From contig CAITJF010000152.1 in NCBI GenBank assembly GCA_903892645.1, positions 2,205-66,204 of the forward strand: 64,000 bases of DNA, written 5' to 3'. Made by a program: the position numbers and the translations under genes. The notes beneath the pieces are model-generated. The model searched no databases, was not told where the DNA came from, and saw only the letters and a list, made by a program, of their open reading frames with translations. Shown piece after piece: positions 22,515 to 32,532 of this stretch (positions within the stretch are counted from its first letter, which is position 1; each line of letters begins with the position of its first letter). This DNA comes from an uncultured Nitrosomonadales bacterium (GTDB taxonomy: Bacteria; Pseudomonadota; Gammaproteobacteria; Burkholderiales; Gallionellaceae).

Positions 22515-22647
22515 CCTCTGCACAACGTTACGAGCGAAGCTGAGGCAAGGCAAAAAATGGCGAGGAACCAGAATGTACATTTCAGTACATGAGGGTTTCG
22601 AGCCATTTTTTAACGCCGCATCAGTGAGCGTAGTAGTTGTGCAGAGG
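22515..22647. repeat. 133-bp imperfect palindromic (MITE/REP-like) element in the mraZ-rsmH spacer
   Basis: The termini CCTCTGCACAAC (22515-22526) / GTTGTGCAGAGG (22636-22647) are perfect. The arms also share AAAAAATGGC and ATGTAC blocks. By eye the arms are about 70 percent complementary. Confidence 0.75.
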
Positions 22648-22651
22648 TCTT

Positions 22652-23098
22652 TCACAGCGTAAATCCCTCCAGCTCAGGTGGCAAATCCCCATCGGTAAAG
22701 CCACTCATCTTCTCGTGCTGTGCCTGCCAGCGTGTTTCGTCCCATACCTCGCACTTATTGCCTTGCCCGACCAGCATCACGCGCTTATCCAGCACGGCAT
22801 AGCTGCGTAACGTCGGGGAGATCAGCACACGGCCTGCGGCATCCATCACCACATCTTCCGCATGGCCGACCAGAAAGCGCTGCAAAGCGCGAATGCGAGG
22901 ATTGAAAGCCGAGAGCCGCATCAGTTTTTCGCGAATGGGCTGCCACTCGGGTTGGGGATATAGCAGCAGGCAACCATCCGCATCAGTGGTTAGCACCAAC
23001 TGGCCGGCGCAATGCGCGAGCAGCATGTCGCGATACCGTGCCGGTATCGCGAGCCTGCCCTTGCTATCCAGACTGAGTTGCGCTGCCCCCTGAAACAT
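22652..23098 (-). CDS. mraZ: Transcriptional regulator MraZ
   Basis: The start is the ATG at 23098 (MFQGAAQLSLDSKGRLAIP). It has a duplicated SpoVT/AbrB-like fold and is the first gene of the dcw cluster. Confidence 0.93.
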   Translation of the reverse strand: MFQGAAQLSLDSKGRLAIPARYRDMLLAHCAGQLVLTTDADGCLLLYPQPEWQPIREKLMRLSAFNPRIRALQRFLVGHAEDVVMDAAGRVLISPTLRSYAVLDKRVMLVGQGNKCEVWDETRWQAQHEKMSGFTDGDLPPELEGFTL

Positions 23099-23121
23099 CA
23101 CTTTATCCCTGAGCTTATTTA

Positions 23122-23156
23122 CCCACTAAAACCCACTTTTTACCACCTTTGCCCAC
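23122..23156 (-). promoter_or_regulatory. Four 10-bp-phased MraZ-box repeats (GTGGG/GTGGT on the gene strand)
   Basis: + strand CCCAC at 23122, 23132 and 23152, and ACCAC at 23142. The period is exactly 10 bp. They lie between the -10 element and the mraZ ATG, matching the GTGGG direct-repeat operator described for E. coli MraZ. Confidence 0.7.
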
Positions 23157-23183
23157 TATATTGAAAAAACCGCCATCGGTCAA
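23155..23183 (-). promoter_or_regulatory. Sigma70-type dcw promoter (Pmra-like)
   Basis: The minus strand reads TTGACC (23183-23178), a 17-nt spacer, then TATAGT (23160-23155). The -10 overlaps the first MraZ box. Confidence 0.65.
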
Positions 23184-23380
23184 GCAACAAAACAGGTTTT
23201 TTCTTTGCGGGACAAGTAGTTAGCGCGAAAAGCTAATGTTATATGAATTTCTTTAATAAAGAACGAATTGCGCAAACAAGCTCAAGTTGCTTGTGATGAA
23301 TAGGTCTAGATATTTTGGAAAAACGGAAAGAAAAGGGAGTGGGCTAGTTAAACAAAATCAATTCGGCCACAGGGGGTTAA

Positions 23381-23548
23381 AGATTTAAAGCAGAGAGTGC
23401 AAAAGAGCTTATTCTCGTGGCACTCGCCGAAGCGAGTGGCAACAAAAGCACTGTGGCGGAAAAGCTCGGCATGTCGCGCATTATCTTGTGGAAGCGCTTG
23501 AAGCAATATGGCATTACCGACGATACCTTAATGTACGGGGCGAATTGA
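23381..23548 (+). pseudogene. Remnant of the C-terminal Fis-type HTH of an NtrC-family (sigma54-dependent) regulator
   Basis: Between the stops at 23378-23380 and 23546-23548 the frame reads ...KELILVALAEASGNKSTVAEKLGMSRIILWKRLKQYGITDD. No AAA+ or receiver coding sequence lies upstream, where the DNA is AT-rich and non-coding. Confidence 0.6.
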
Positions 23549-23799
23549 AAGGAAACGTGATTCTGCCACCAATGATAAGCCTATTCTGCTTGTCAGCGGG
23601 GCGCGGGGCCATGGTATATTGGCAACCATGTTTTGCGATAGCAGGGTTAAGCAAAGGACGCTTCAGCAAGTGGGAGATATTTGCGAGCAGATGTGGGATT
23701 TTTGAAACAGTAATTTTACGAGTAAACCCTTTCCGCTAATGAGCACCTCTAAAAATTTGCCGGAATGACAAGCTCTGCATTTTTAGAGGCACACTAATA

Positions 23800-24306
23800 A
23801 TGAATAGATTAAGAAATTCACTGGTCATTGGAGTTGCGTGCATGGCCTTCGCAATTATTCCGGCAACCGGATGGGCGGATACTGCGCCATGCGAAAAGAA
23901 TTTCACTGTCAAGGATGGCTTGTTTGACAGTAAAATTTACAAGACATGGCAAGACCTGGTGGCGCTCACTCAGCAAATGATTTTCAATCGTACATATGCA
24001 TACTTGGTGAAAGACGGTTGGGTGATAAACAGGACGGACAAGGAATCTGGAGTAATTTCTGCTTCACAAGTGGAAGAGTCAACTGGCGGAGTGGGAAAAG
24101 TGGCAAACCTGAATATTCTTATCGAGAATGCCGGTAATTATTATGGAGGGTTGCCAAGCGGGAGAGGAGTGCCTGGCGGGTTCAGGGTCACAATGACTTT
24201 CTCGATACCCAGCGGGCTTAATGCACATGAAGAGATGGTACGAAAAAACTTTTGCGATATCTTGGCGGAAATTAAGGGCGGGACTTACGGGGCTAATTTA
24301 AAATAG
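23800..24306 (+). CDS. Hypothetical secreted protein
   Basis: 168-aa ORF with a signal-peptide-like N-terminus (VACMAFAIIPATGWA-DT). It lies in a visibly AT-richer stretch. No family recognised. Confidence 0.5.
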   Translation: MNRLRNSLVIGVACMAFAIIPATGWADTAPCEKNFTVKDGLFDSKIYKTWQDLVALTQQMIFNRTYAYLVKDGWVINRTDKESGVISASQVEESTGGVGKVANLNILIENAGNYYGGLPSGRGVPGGFRVTMTFSIPSGLNAHEEMVRKNFCDILAEIKGGTYGANLK

Positions 24307-24370
24307 GGCGAGGCTAATTTGTAGTAGTCGCGATAGATAGGGTCTGGCCAAAGGGGGGCTCACCACCAGC

Positions 24371-27300
24371 CTACACTGACTGATCCGCCACTAAAGTTTT
24401 TTCCTGCCACCATGCATAGACGACAGGTATGACGATGAGGGAGAGTAGGGGTGCGGAAATCATGCCACCCACCAGCGGCGCGGCAATGCGCTTCATCACA
24501 TCCGCGCCGGTGCCTGAGCTGACCATCACCGGAATCAACCCGGCCACGATCACCGATACCGTCATCATTTTCGGGCGGATACGCAGCAACGCCCCGTGAA
24601 TGATGGCCTGTTGCAAACTTTGGCGGTTTACCGGCTGGCCGGATTGGCGCAGTTCCGCGATGGCATGATCCAGATAGAGCAACATGACCACGCCGAACTC
24701 TGCCGCCACCCCGGCCAAGGCGATAAACCCCACAGCGACAGCCACAGACCGGTGATAATCCAGCAAATACACTAGCCAGAAGCCACCCGACAGGGAAAAT
24801 GGCAAGCACAGCAACACCAGCAGCACTTTGCCGCTGTGGCGGAAATTCAAATAAAGCAATGCCACCACCAACAGCAGCGTGAGCGGTATCACCCACAATA
24901 AACGCTCCTTGGCGTGCTGCAGGTTGGCATATTGCCCCGTCCAGGCGATGGCATAGCCCGGTTGCAGCTCGATGGTTTTTGCCACTGCGGCTTGTGCCTT
25001 GGCGATATAGCCATCTATGTCGCGCGCGGCAGAATCAATGTAAATATAAGCCACAAGGCGGCCATTTTCGCTTTTAATTTCGACCGGTCCGTCATTCACA
25101 CTTATGCTCGCCACCGTGCCCAGCGTTACTTGCGCACCGGAAGGCGTCATGATGCGGCTTGCCGCAAGCGCGGTGAGCGAATCACGGAACGCGCGCGGGT
25201 AGCGCAAATTGATAGGGAAGCGGTTGCGTCCTTCGATCACCATGCCGATATTTTCTCCGCCAATGGCACTCTGCACCAAGCGCTGTACATCGGCTGCGGT
25301 AATGCCGTAGCGTGCCGCTTGGACGCGATCCAAAGTAATATCCACGTAGCGTCCACCGGAAGCGCGGTCAGCAAAAGCGTTGCGCGTGTCTGGCATGGTC
25401 TCGATGACCTCCTCGACTTTCCTGGCCAATAAACTGACTTCTTCCAGGTCGGGGCCGGTAACCTTGATGCCCAGCGGTGTGCGGATACCGGTAGATAGCA
25501 TATCTATGCGCGTGCGGATGGGGTACCCCCAAGAATTGGTCAGCCCCGGCAAGCGTACCTGGCTGTCCAGCTTGCGGATCAAATTTTCCATGGTTTCGCC
25601 GGGCGGCCACTGCTCGCGCGGCTTGAGCTGAATGGTAGTTTCCAGCATCGAGAGCGGTGCAGGGTCGGTAGCGGTATCGGCGCGCCCGGCTTTGCCAAAC
25701 ACGCGCTCGACCTCGGGCATTTGCGCAATCAGACGGTCGGTGATTTGCAGGATGTTTGATGCTTCGTCTATCGATACGCCGGGCAGGGTGGTGGGCATAT
25801 ATAGCAGATCACCCTCGTTGAGCGACGGCATGAATTCGCTGCCCAGTTTTGCGAGCGGCCATGCGGCGCTCAGCAGCAGCAGCAGGCAAAGCGACAGGGC
25901 AAGTTTACGTTTTTGCAGCGCGGCCAGCAGCAGCGGGCGATAAAGCGCATGCAGCACCCGGTTCAACGGGTTGCTTTGTTCGCGGGTAATGCGCCCACGG
26001 ATAAAATATCCCATTAACACCGGAGCCAGGGTGATGGCGAGCACCGCGCTGGCCGCCATGGCATAAGTCTTGGTGTAGGCGAGCGGAGCGAATAGCTTGC
26101 CTTCCTGCCCGGTTAGGGTCAGTACCGGCAGGAAAGATGCGGTGATGACCAGCAGCGAAAAAAACAGCGCCGGCCCCACTTCAAGCGCGCTCTGCCGGGT
26201 GATTTCCCAATAATCGGGGTGATCCCCTGCGCGCTCCAGATGCTTATGCATGTTTTCTATCATTACCACTGCGGCATCCACCATGGCGCCGATGGCGATG
26301 GCGATGCCGCCCAGCGACATGATGTTGGCGGTTACGCCTTGGTTTTCCATCACGATGAAAGCGGCCAAAATGCCGATGGGCAGCGTGATTACCGCTACCA
26401 GTGAGGAGCGCAGGTGAAATAAGAATGCGAGGCATACCAAAGCGACGATAAGCGATTCCTCGACCAGTTTTTCACTCAGCGTTTTGATGGCGCGCTTGAT
26501 TACGCCGGAGCGGTCGTAAGTAACGACCAGTTCGACTCCCGGCGGCAGGCCGCTTTGCAACTCATTCAATCGTGCCTTGACGTGCGTGATGGTCTGGAGC
26601 GCATTTTCGCCGTAGCGCATGATTACGATGCCGCCGGTCACTTCGCCTTGCCCATCCAGATCGGTTACGCCACGGCGCAATTCATGTCCGATTTGAATTT
26701 GCGCCACATCTTCCAGGCGGATGGGCACACCATGCGCGTTGACCCCCAATGGAATGTGCCGGAAATCGTCCAGGTTCTTCAAGTAATTTTGCGCGCGTAC
26801 AACGTATTCGGCATGCCCCATTTCCATTACCGAGCCGCCGCCAGTCATATTGCTGTCGCGGATTGCTTGCTCGACACGTTCCAGGTTCAGGCTATATGCC
26901 GCCAGGCGGTTGGGGTTCACTTCGATCTGGAATTGCCGCACCATGCCGCCGACGCTGGCGACTTCGGCTACACCATGCAGGCTTTGCAGTTCGTATTTGA
27001 GGAAGGAATCCTGCACCGCGCGCAATTGATCGGCATCGTAGCGGTGATGCCGATCCACCAAGGCGTATTCGAACACCCAGCCCACGCCCGAAGCGTCCGG
27101 CCCCAACGTGGGAATGATTTTTTCAGGTAGGCGATCCTTAATCTGGCTTAAATATTCCAGCACGCGCGAGCGCGCCCAATACGGATCGGTGCCATCCTGA
27201 AAAATCACGTAAACATATGATTCGCCGAACATGGAAAAACCGCGTACTGCGGTTGAGCCAGGTACCGACAACAACTCCGAGGTAATCGGGAAAGTGACTT

Positions 27301-27502
27301 GATCCTCCACCACCTGTGGTGGTTGGCCCGGATAAGCGGTTTTGATGATGACCTGCACGTCGGAAAGGTCGGGAATGGCATCCAGTGCCATTTGACGCGA
27401 GGAATATATTCCCCATCCGGCCAGCAGCAGGGCGCCCAACAGCACCAACAGGCGGTTTTTCAGCGACCATTCGATGATGCGCGCAATCATGCTTGAGTCC
27501 AA
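24371..27502 (-). CDS. Heavy-metal efflux RND transporter, CusA/CzcA family
   Basis: 1043-aa 12-TM RND protein with a typical HME N-terminus (IARIIEWSLKNRLLVLLGALLLAGWG) and AIGAMVDAAVVMIENMHKHL. Confidence 0.9.
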   Translation of the reverse strand: MDSSMIARIIEWSLKNRLLVLLGALLLAGWGIYSSRQMALDAIPDLSDVQVIIKTAYPGQPPQVVEDQVTFPITSELLSVPGSTAVRGFSMFGESYVYVIFQDGTDPYWARSRVLEYLSQIKDRLPEKIIPTLGPDASGVGWVFEYALVDRHHRYDADQLRAVQDSFLKYELQSLHGVAEVASVGGMVRQFQIEVNPNRLAAYSLNLERVEQAIRDSNMTGGGSVMEMGHAEYVVRAQNYLKNLDDFRHIPLGVNAHGVPIRLEDVAQIQIGHELRRGVTDLDGQGEVTGGIVIMRYGENALQTITHVKARLNELQSGLPPGVELVVTYDRSGVIKRAIKTLSEKLVEESLIVALVCLAFLFHLRSSLVAVITLPIGILAAFIVMENQGVTANIMSLGGIAIAIGAMVDAAVVMIENMHKHLERAGDHPDYWEITRQSALEVGPALFFSLLVITASFLPVLTLTGQEGKLFAPLAYTKTYAMAASAVLAITLAPVLMGYFIRGRITREQSNPLNRVLHALYRPLLLAALQKRKLALSLCLLLLLSAAWPLAKLGSEFMPSLNEGDLLYMPTTLPGVSIDEASNILQITDRLIAQMPEVERVFGKAGRADTATDPAPLSMLETTIQLKPREQWPPGETMENLIRKLDSQVRLPGLTNSWGYPIRTRIDMLSTGIRTPLGIKVTGPDLEEVSLLARKVEEVIETMPDTRNAFADRASGGRYVDITLDRVQAARYGITAADVQRLVQSAIGGENIGMVIEGRNRFPINLRYPRAFRDSLTALAASRIMTPSGAQVTLGTVASISVNDGPVEIKSENGRLVAYIYIDSAARDIDGYIAKAQAAVAKTIELQPGYAIAWTGQYANLQHAKERLLWVIPLTLLLVVALLYLNFRHSGKVLLVLLCLPFSLSGGFWLVYLLDYHRSVAVAVGFIALAGVAAEFGVVMLLYLDHAIAELRQSGQPVNRQSLQQAIIHGALLRIRPKMMTVSVIVAGLIPVMVSSGTGADVMKRIAAPLVGGMISAPLLSLIVIPVVYAWWQEKTLVADQSV

Positions 27503-27562
27503 AAAATATCCGCGCCAAAGTCGCGAGAAATTGGTGTTCCTTCGTGGCGAGACTCTTTGTGT

Positions 27563-28978
27563 CTAATGGTCGCCCGCATCATGATTGTGCAGGCGCTGGG
27601 CAGCATCGCTCATCGAGGCAGCCGCGTCCAGTAAAAATTGCCCATTCACCGCAACCTGATCGCCTGCCCGCAAGCCGGCAGTGATCTCAATGGAATCTGT
27701 GGTTTCGATGCCGGTTTCCACTTTTACCGGAGTGAAATACCCGCCGTTGGATAGCATTACCAGATCACCCTTGCCGGTGCGCATCACGGCCGAGCGAGGT
27801 ATGGCAAGCGCCTTGTGGGGGTTGGCATGGATTACGACGTCAAGAAAAGCCCCAATAGGCAGTGGATTTTTGGCATTATTGACGCTCAGCCGCGCCTGCA
27901 CGGTGCGCGTTGCACTATCAACTACCGGGGGGATCAATTGCAGGCGTGCCTTGATTTCCGGTGCATTCGATAGCGGCAGCCTCACAATTGCCTCATCCCC
28001 TTCCTTTACCCAAACCAGTTGATCGGGATAAAGCGGCACATCGACCCATACCCGTGACAGGTTAGCGAAGGAAAACAGGTTGTCCATCGGTTTGACCGTG
28101 CTGCCTTCATGAACCTCGATTTTGGTGACAAAACCGGACTGCGGTGCGCGTATCTCAACCACATTCTTTGATCTATAGGTTTTGGTCAACTCGTCTATCA
28201 GTTCATTGCCAACATCGGCATAGAGAAGCCTGTCGCGGACAAGAACACGCTTGCCGGCATTCGTCCTTATGTCCATCATGTCATCTTCAGGCATGCCCTT
28301 GCCGTTTGTATGAGCATCCTCAGCTTCCATTGGCGCAACAAGAATATCTTTTTCCCTTAGCAGGTCGATGTACTCTTCTTGGGACTTAAGTAATTCCGGG
28401 GAATAAATCTCATACAGCACTTGCCCCTCACGGACTTGCTGACCAACAGAACTTACATGTAGTTTTCTGACCACCCCTTCAACCTTCGCGCTGAGGTTGA
28501 AAACCAGGCTTTCATCAACAGCCACATTGCCATAGGCATGAATATCCTGGCTCAGGGTTTGCCATTTTGCTGCGGCCAGACGCACGCCGAGTCTTTGCTG
28601 CGTGGCTGTATCAATGCGCACACCGTGACCGTGTGCGGGTTGGGGTATGCCCGGCTGCTCCATTTCCACCAGATCCATGCCGCAGATCGGGCATGAACCA
28701 GGCTGATCCTGAATAACCTCGGGATGCATGGGGCACACCCAAAGTTTCTTTGCCGGTTTCGTTGAATTCTTGCCGGTGGGTGCTATGGGGTCAAGGTTTG
28801 AACTGGCTACAGGAGCGGCATAAGTATTGCCCACAAGCTGGGTTGCCGCATGATCGCCGTGGGTAAAGCCAATAATTATCAGAAGAGCGGCTGCAAATAT
28901 GCCGAACCACAGCCTCACATATTTGAAGGCTTCAGCGCAGAGCAATCCGGGGTGCCATTCTTTTCTAAGCCATGCCAT
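27563..28978 (-). CDS. RND periplasmic adaptor (CusB-like) with N-terminal heavy-metal-binding motif
   Basis: 471 aa. It has a membrane anchor, then [23 protein letters not shown], then an adaptor beta-barrel/lipoyl region. Confidence 0.85.
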   Translation of the reverse strand: MAWLRKEWHPGLLCAEAFKYVRLWFGIFAAALLIIIGFTHGDHAATQLVGNTYAAPVASSNLDPIAPTGKNSTKPAKKLWVCPMHPEVIQDQPGSCPICGMDLVEMEQPGIPQPAHGHGVRIDTATQQRLGVRLAAAKWQTLSQDIHAYGNVAVDESLVFNLSAKVEGVVRKLHVSSVGQQVREGQVLYEIYSPELLKSQEEYIDLLREKDILVAPMEAEDAHTNGKGMPEDDMMDIRTNAGKRVLVRDRLLYADVGNELIDELTKTYRSKNVVEIRAPQSGFVTKIEVHEGSTVKPMDNLFSFANLSRVWVDVPLYPDQLVWVKEGDEAIVRLPLSNAPEIKARLQLIPPVVDSATRTVQARLSVNNAKNPLPIGAFLDVVIHANPHKALAIPRSAVMRTGKGDLVMLSNGGYFTPVKVETGIETTDSIEITAGLRAGDQVAVNGQFLLDAAASMSDAAQRLHNHDAGDH

Positions 28979-28985
28979 GTTTTTG

Positions 28986-29456
28986 TCAATTCAGTAACCG
29001 CGCCCTGATTTCAGCGAGAATTCTGGGAGGGGATAATGACCTTAAATCAAAAGGCGGCAACTCCAGTGCATCCAGAGTATTTTTCACCAGCAGGCCAAGC
29101 TCGGTATCGCCTTCCATACACAGGCGGCGGCTGAAAAAAAGTGTATCCGGATCTTCCTTGCGCAGGGCAAGCATCAGAAAATCATAGGCGCTGGCGCTGA
29201 TGGTCAAGTCCGGCTCCCTGATGCGTCGGCAGGCAACCAGGCCTTTAGGGGTGAGGGTGAAATGATAAGCCACCCCGGCATCGGTCACCCGGATGCTGAT
29301 GAGCTTGTCCTGCAGGGGTTGCATCACTTCAGAGCGTAAAGCGCCACCCACTGCCAGATTAACCGCTTGAACAAACAGCAAGGTCTGCGGATACTTTGGC
29401 AACACGGACAGAATATCGCTGATTGGTTTGGGAAGAAGAAAAGGCTGGTTGCTCAT
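28986..29456 (-). CDS. ubiT: SCP2-domain ubiquinone biosynthesis accessory factor UbiT (YhbT-like)
   Basis: 156 aa. SCP2 sterol-carrier-like sequence ([20 protein letters not shown]) directly downstream of the ubiU-ubiV pair. Confidence 0.75.
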   Translation of the reverse strand: MSNQPFLLPKPISDILSVLPKYPQTLLFVQAVNLAVGGALRSEVMQPLQDKLISIRVTDAGVAYHFTLTPKGLVACRRIREPDLTISASAYDFLMLALRKEDPDTLFFSRRLCMEGDTELGLLVKNTLDALELPPFDLRSLSPPRILAEIRARLLN

Positions 29457-29537
29457 AATATCTGTTTGGTTGGTGTCTTCTCAAGGCGTTCAATTCCTAT
29501 TTGCTAAGTATAATCCCCTTTCAACCATTGCGGCATC

Positions 29538-30449
29538 TCATTCATGTTGCACGGCGCTGGCGAGGAACATCTGCTCCATCCCCGGACGTCCATGCCAGTA
29601 GCCGTTGCAGGCTGCTTCCGGCATCACGCTTTCCATTTGTTGCATGGCGATTTCGGGGCTTGTCCGTTGCTCTATGCAGTCGCGGAACTGGCGGATAATT
29701 TCTGCGCTGTGTTCGGCTTGCGGGCTGATGCGCAGCACGTCCACACCGGCATTGCGGAGGGTGTCCAGATCGCCGAGCAAGTTGTACATCAGGGCGGACT
29801 GGGTCTGTGTGCCGTTGATCACCAGGAATGGTTTACCTTCGCGGGTGCGCATGGTCTTGCCGTCTGGGTCATCAATGCAGAGAAAACGGCAATCGTCCTT
29901 GGGCAGGTTGTGAAAGCGCGCGGTGAAACAGCGCGAAGAAAAAGCCAGCGGTAATCTGCCATAGGAGAACACTTCCGTTTCCAGTCCCGCAGGCCGCGAT
30001 TGCTGTAGCGGCTGTAGTCCTTCAAGCGACATTTCTACCGGCATGACCCAGCGCTTGGCGCCGAGAGATGCGATCAGTTGCAGAGTCTGCTGGTTGTAAA
30101 TATTGAGATAAGGCCCGGCAATGAATGGCATGCGCCCCGCCAGGCGGTGAACGGCACCCATGTCATTGGCTTCCACCATGAAGTCGCTATTTTCCGCAAT
30201 TTTGCGTAGCGACTTCAGGTCGGATTCGGACTCGATCAATGTCAGGGTGGAGAGAACCACTGTCTTGCCGGCGGCGGCAAGCATCTTCGCTATTTCCAGC
30301 CAGTCTGGCAGGCGCATGATATGGCGCCGCGAGCAAACCGTTTCTCCGAGATAAACGATATCTACCGGAGCAGCGGCGATTTCTACATAGAATTCCTGTA
30401 GCTTTTCCTGCGTCCAGTAATAAAGAATAGGGCCGAGCGAGAGCTTCAT
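29538..30449 (-). CDS. ubiV: U32-family O2-independent ubiquinone hydroxylase subunit UbiV (YhbV-like)
   Basis: The N-terminus [21 protein letters not shown]...[12 protein letters not shown] closely parallels E. coli YhbV/UbiV as recalled. Confidence 0.8.
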   Translation of the reverse strand: MKLSLGPILYYWTQEKLQEFYVEIAAAPVDIVYLGETVCSRRHIMRLPDWLEIAKMLAAAGKTVVLSTLTLIESESDLKSLRKIAENSDFMVEANDMGAVHRLAGRMPFIAGPYLNIYNQQTLQLIASLGAKRWVMPVEMSLEGLQPLQQSRPAGLETEVFSYGRLPLAFSSRCFTARFHNLPKDDCRFLCIDDPDGKTMRTREGKPFLVINGTQTQSALMYNLLGDLDTLRNAGVDVLRISPQAEHSAEIIRQFRDCIEQRTSPEIAMQQMESVMPEAACNGYWHGRPGMEQMFLASAVQHE

Positions 30450-30459
30450 GGTTTCCTCA

Positions 30460-31473
30460 TTATTTCCATGGCCGGTGATATGCGCCCAAGGTGTGTTGCT
30501 GGCCTTCGGAGACTTTGCCCAGTTCGACAGTCCATGCGGGTTTGACGGAAAACCCCCCGGGGTTTTTCATGCATTGGTCAATCGCCTCGCGCCAGACACG
30601 AGTGACTTGCCCCACATAGGCCGGGCTTCTCTGCCGCCCTTCGATCTTGAGGCCGCGCACTTTGATGCGCAGCAGTTCCGGCAGCAGTTCCATGGTGTTC
30701 AGGCTGGTAGGTTCTTCCATGGCGTAGTAGGTTTCTCCTTCCACCTCGAAGCGTCCCTTGCACAGGGTGGGATAGCCAGTGTTTTCATCATCGGCGTAGC
30801 GGTCGATGAGTACGCCGTTGAGGCGCGATTCCAGGCCTTGGGCGGTCTTCTGCCAGCGTACGGCTTTGGGCGGCGAGCATACGCCGCAGTTGTTGGGGGA
30901 TTCGCCCGTGACATAGGAGGAAAGTGAACAGCGCCCTTCGACCATGACGCACAGCCCGCCGAAGCCAAAGAGTTCCAGTTCCACCGGCGTGCCGGCGGCC
31001 AGTTCTTCAACCTGGGCAAATGACAGCACGCGCGGCAATACTGCGCGACGGATGCCAAAATACTCGTGGTAGAAATTGATCGCCTCGTAATTGGTGGCGG
31101 AACCCTGCACCGAGAGATGGAGGTGCAACTGGGGATGGGTCCTCATGGCATATTGCATGAGGCCGGGGTCGGCCAGGATGATCGCGTCCATGCCATTATC
31201 GGCGGCCTGGTCTATCGCCTTCGTCCAGCGCTCCCAGCCATGAGACTTGGGGTAGGTATTCAGCGCCAGAAATACTTTCGCACCTTTTTCATGCGCATAT
31301 TCGACACCCGCGCGCGCATTTGCCGCATCGAAATTCAGCCCGGTGAAGTTGCGTGCATTCGTGTCGTCGCGAAAGCCGAGATAGACGCAGTCCGCACCGT
31401 TGTCTACGGCCACTTTCAGCGCCGGCAGGCTGCCTGCCGGGCACACCAGTTCCAGTTTGTATTCAGGCGGCAT
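30460..31473 (-). CDS. ubiU: U32-family O2-independent ubiquinone hydroxylase subunit UbiU (YhbU-like)
   Basis: The likely start is [43 protein letters not shown] at 31473 (the track ORF begins at 31530). Peptidase U32 family. Confidence 0.8.
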   Translation of the reverse strand: MPPEYKLELVCPAGSLPALKVAVDNGADCVYLGFRDDTNARNFTGLNFDAANARAGVEYAHEKGAKVFLALNTYPKSHGWERWTKAIDQAADNGMDAIILADPGLMQYAMRTHPQLHLHLSVQGSATNYEAINFYHEYFGIRRAVLPRVLSFAQVEELAAGTPVELELFGFGGLCVMVEGRCSLSSYVTGESPNNCGVCSPPKAVRWQKTAQGLESRLNGVLIDRYADDENTGYPTLCKGRFEVEGETYYAMEEPTSLNTMELLPELLRIKVRGLKIEGRQRSPAYVGQVTRVWREAIDQCMKNPGGFSVKPAWTVELGKVSEGQQHTLGAYHRPWK

Positions 31474-32464
31474 AAGGGATTTTCTCTTGTTCAAGCGACA
31501 GCTTGGCAAATTCGCCTTGGCGATGGCCACGGCGTTTCAGTTCAAACTCGATCCCATTCAGGATGTTCCACTTTTGCGAACACCAGGATGGAGCAAGCAG
31601 GATGTCTTTTGAGGCAGTGCCGGTGACGCGGTGGTAGACGATATGGGGCGGGGTGCACTCGATCAGGTCAGCCGCGATGCGGATGTAGTCGGCCACTTCC
31701 AGTGGCTGATATTCGCCGCGCCGCCACTCGGCGGCCAGCACGGTATTTTTGACCACATGCAGCGGATGCAGTTTAAGGCCGTCTGTTCCCAAGGCAAGCA
31801 CGGTATCGAGCGAGGAGTGGTAATGGTGTTCCGTTTCTCCGGGAAGGCCGATGATCAGGTGAGTGCATACCGGGATGCCGCGTTTTCTTGCGGCTATTAC
31901 CGTTTTCTCATATTCCTTAAGTCCATGGCCGCGGTTCACCCGCTTGAGAGTCTCGTCAAAGGCTGATTGCAGGCCGAGTTCCAGCCATACCACCAGCCCG
32001 CGCCGCTGATAATCCACCAGCAAATCCAGCACCGCTTCAGGAACGCAGTCAGGGCGCGTGCCGATGGACAGGCCTGCCATATCCGGCTCGGATAATGCTT
32101 CTTCATAGAGTGCTGCCAGTTCGGCGACATCGGCGTAGGTGTTGGTATAGGCCTGAAAATAGGCAAGGAAGCGACGCGCCCGGGTGCGTTTGCCAATAGC
32201 GTGTTTGCCGCTTCTGATTTGCTCGGAAAGTGAAGGCGGGGTGCGCCCATTGGGGCTGAAAGAGGCATTGTTGCAGAAGGTGCATCCTCCCATCCCCTTG
32301 GCGCCATCGCGGTTGGGGCAGGTAAGGCCTGCATCAAGCGCGATCTTGTGCACCCGCTCGCCATGCTGCTGCAACATGTGTTGCCCGAAGGTAAGGATAT
32401 AGTCAGAAAGTGCCATTGATCCGGCACAGTTCGTGAGTGGTGAGCGGAGTAATGGCACCCGCAA
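31463..32464 (-). CDS. TIGR01212-type radical SAM protein (YhcC-like)
   Basis: LTCPNRDGAKGMGGCTFCNN cluster motif. The start may be the internal Met at 32416. Its stop lies 8 nt after the ubiU ATG, an 11-nt overlap. Confidence 0.75.
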   Translation of the reverse strand: MRVPLLRSPLTNCAGSMALSDYILTFGQHMLQQHGERVHKIALDAGLTCPNRDGAKGMGGCTFCNNASFSPNGRTPPSLSEQIRSGKHAIGKRTRARRFLAYFQAYTNTYADVAELAALYEEALSEPDMAGLSIGTRPDCVPEAVLDLLVDYQRRGLVVWLELGLQSAFDETLKRVNRGHGLKEYEKTVIAARKRGIPVCTHLIIGLPGETEHHYHSSLDTVLALGTDGLKLHPLHVVKNTVLAAEWRRGEYQPLEVADYIRIAADLIECTPPHIVYHRVTGTASKDILLAPSWCSQKWNILNGIEFELKRRGHRQGEFAKLSLEQEKIPYAA

Positions 32465-32532
32465 ATTTACCCATCGTGGGTTTGTCGATTTTTTTCTGCG
32501 CTGGAAAAATCATTGGCTATTACACGCAATGG

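Noticed and set aside
23616-23650. Possible sigma54 promoter (TGGCAA...TTTTGC) upstream of the orphan gene at 23800
   Set aside because: The GG-to-GC spacing is 12 nt rather than the required 10, so this is not a credible -24/-12 element.
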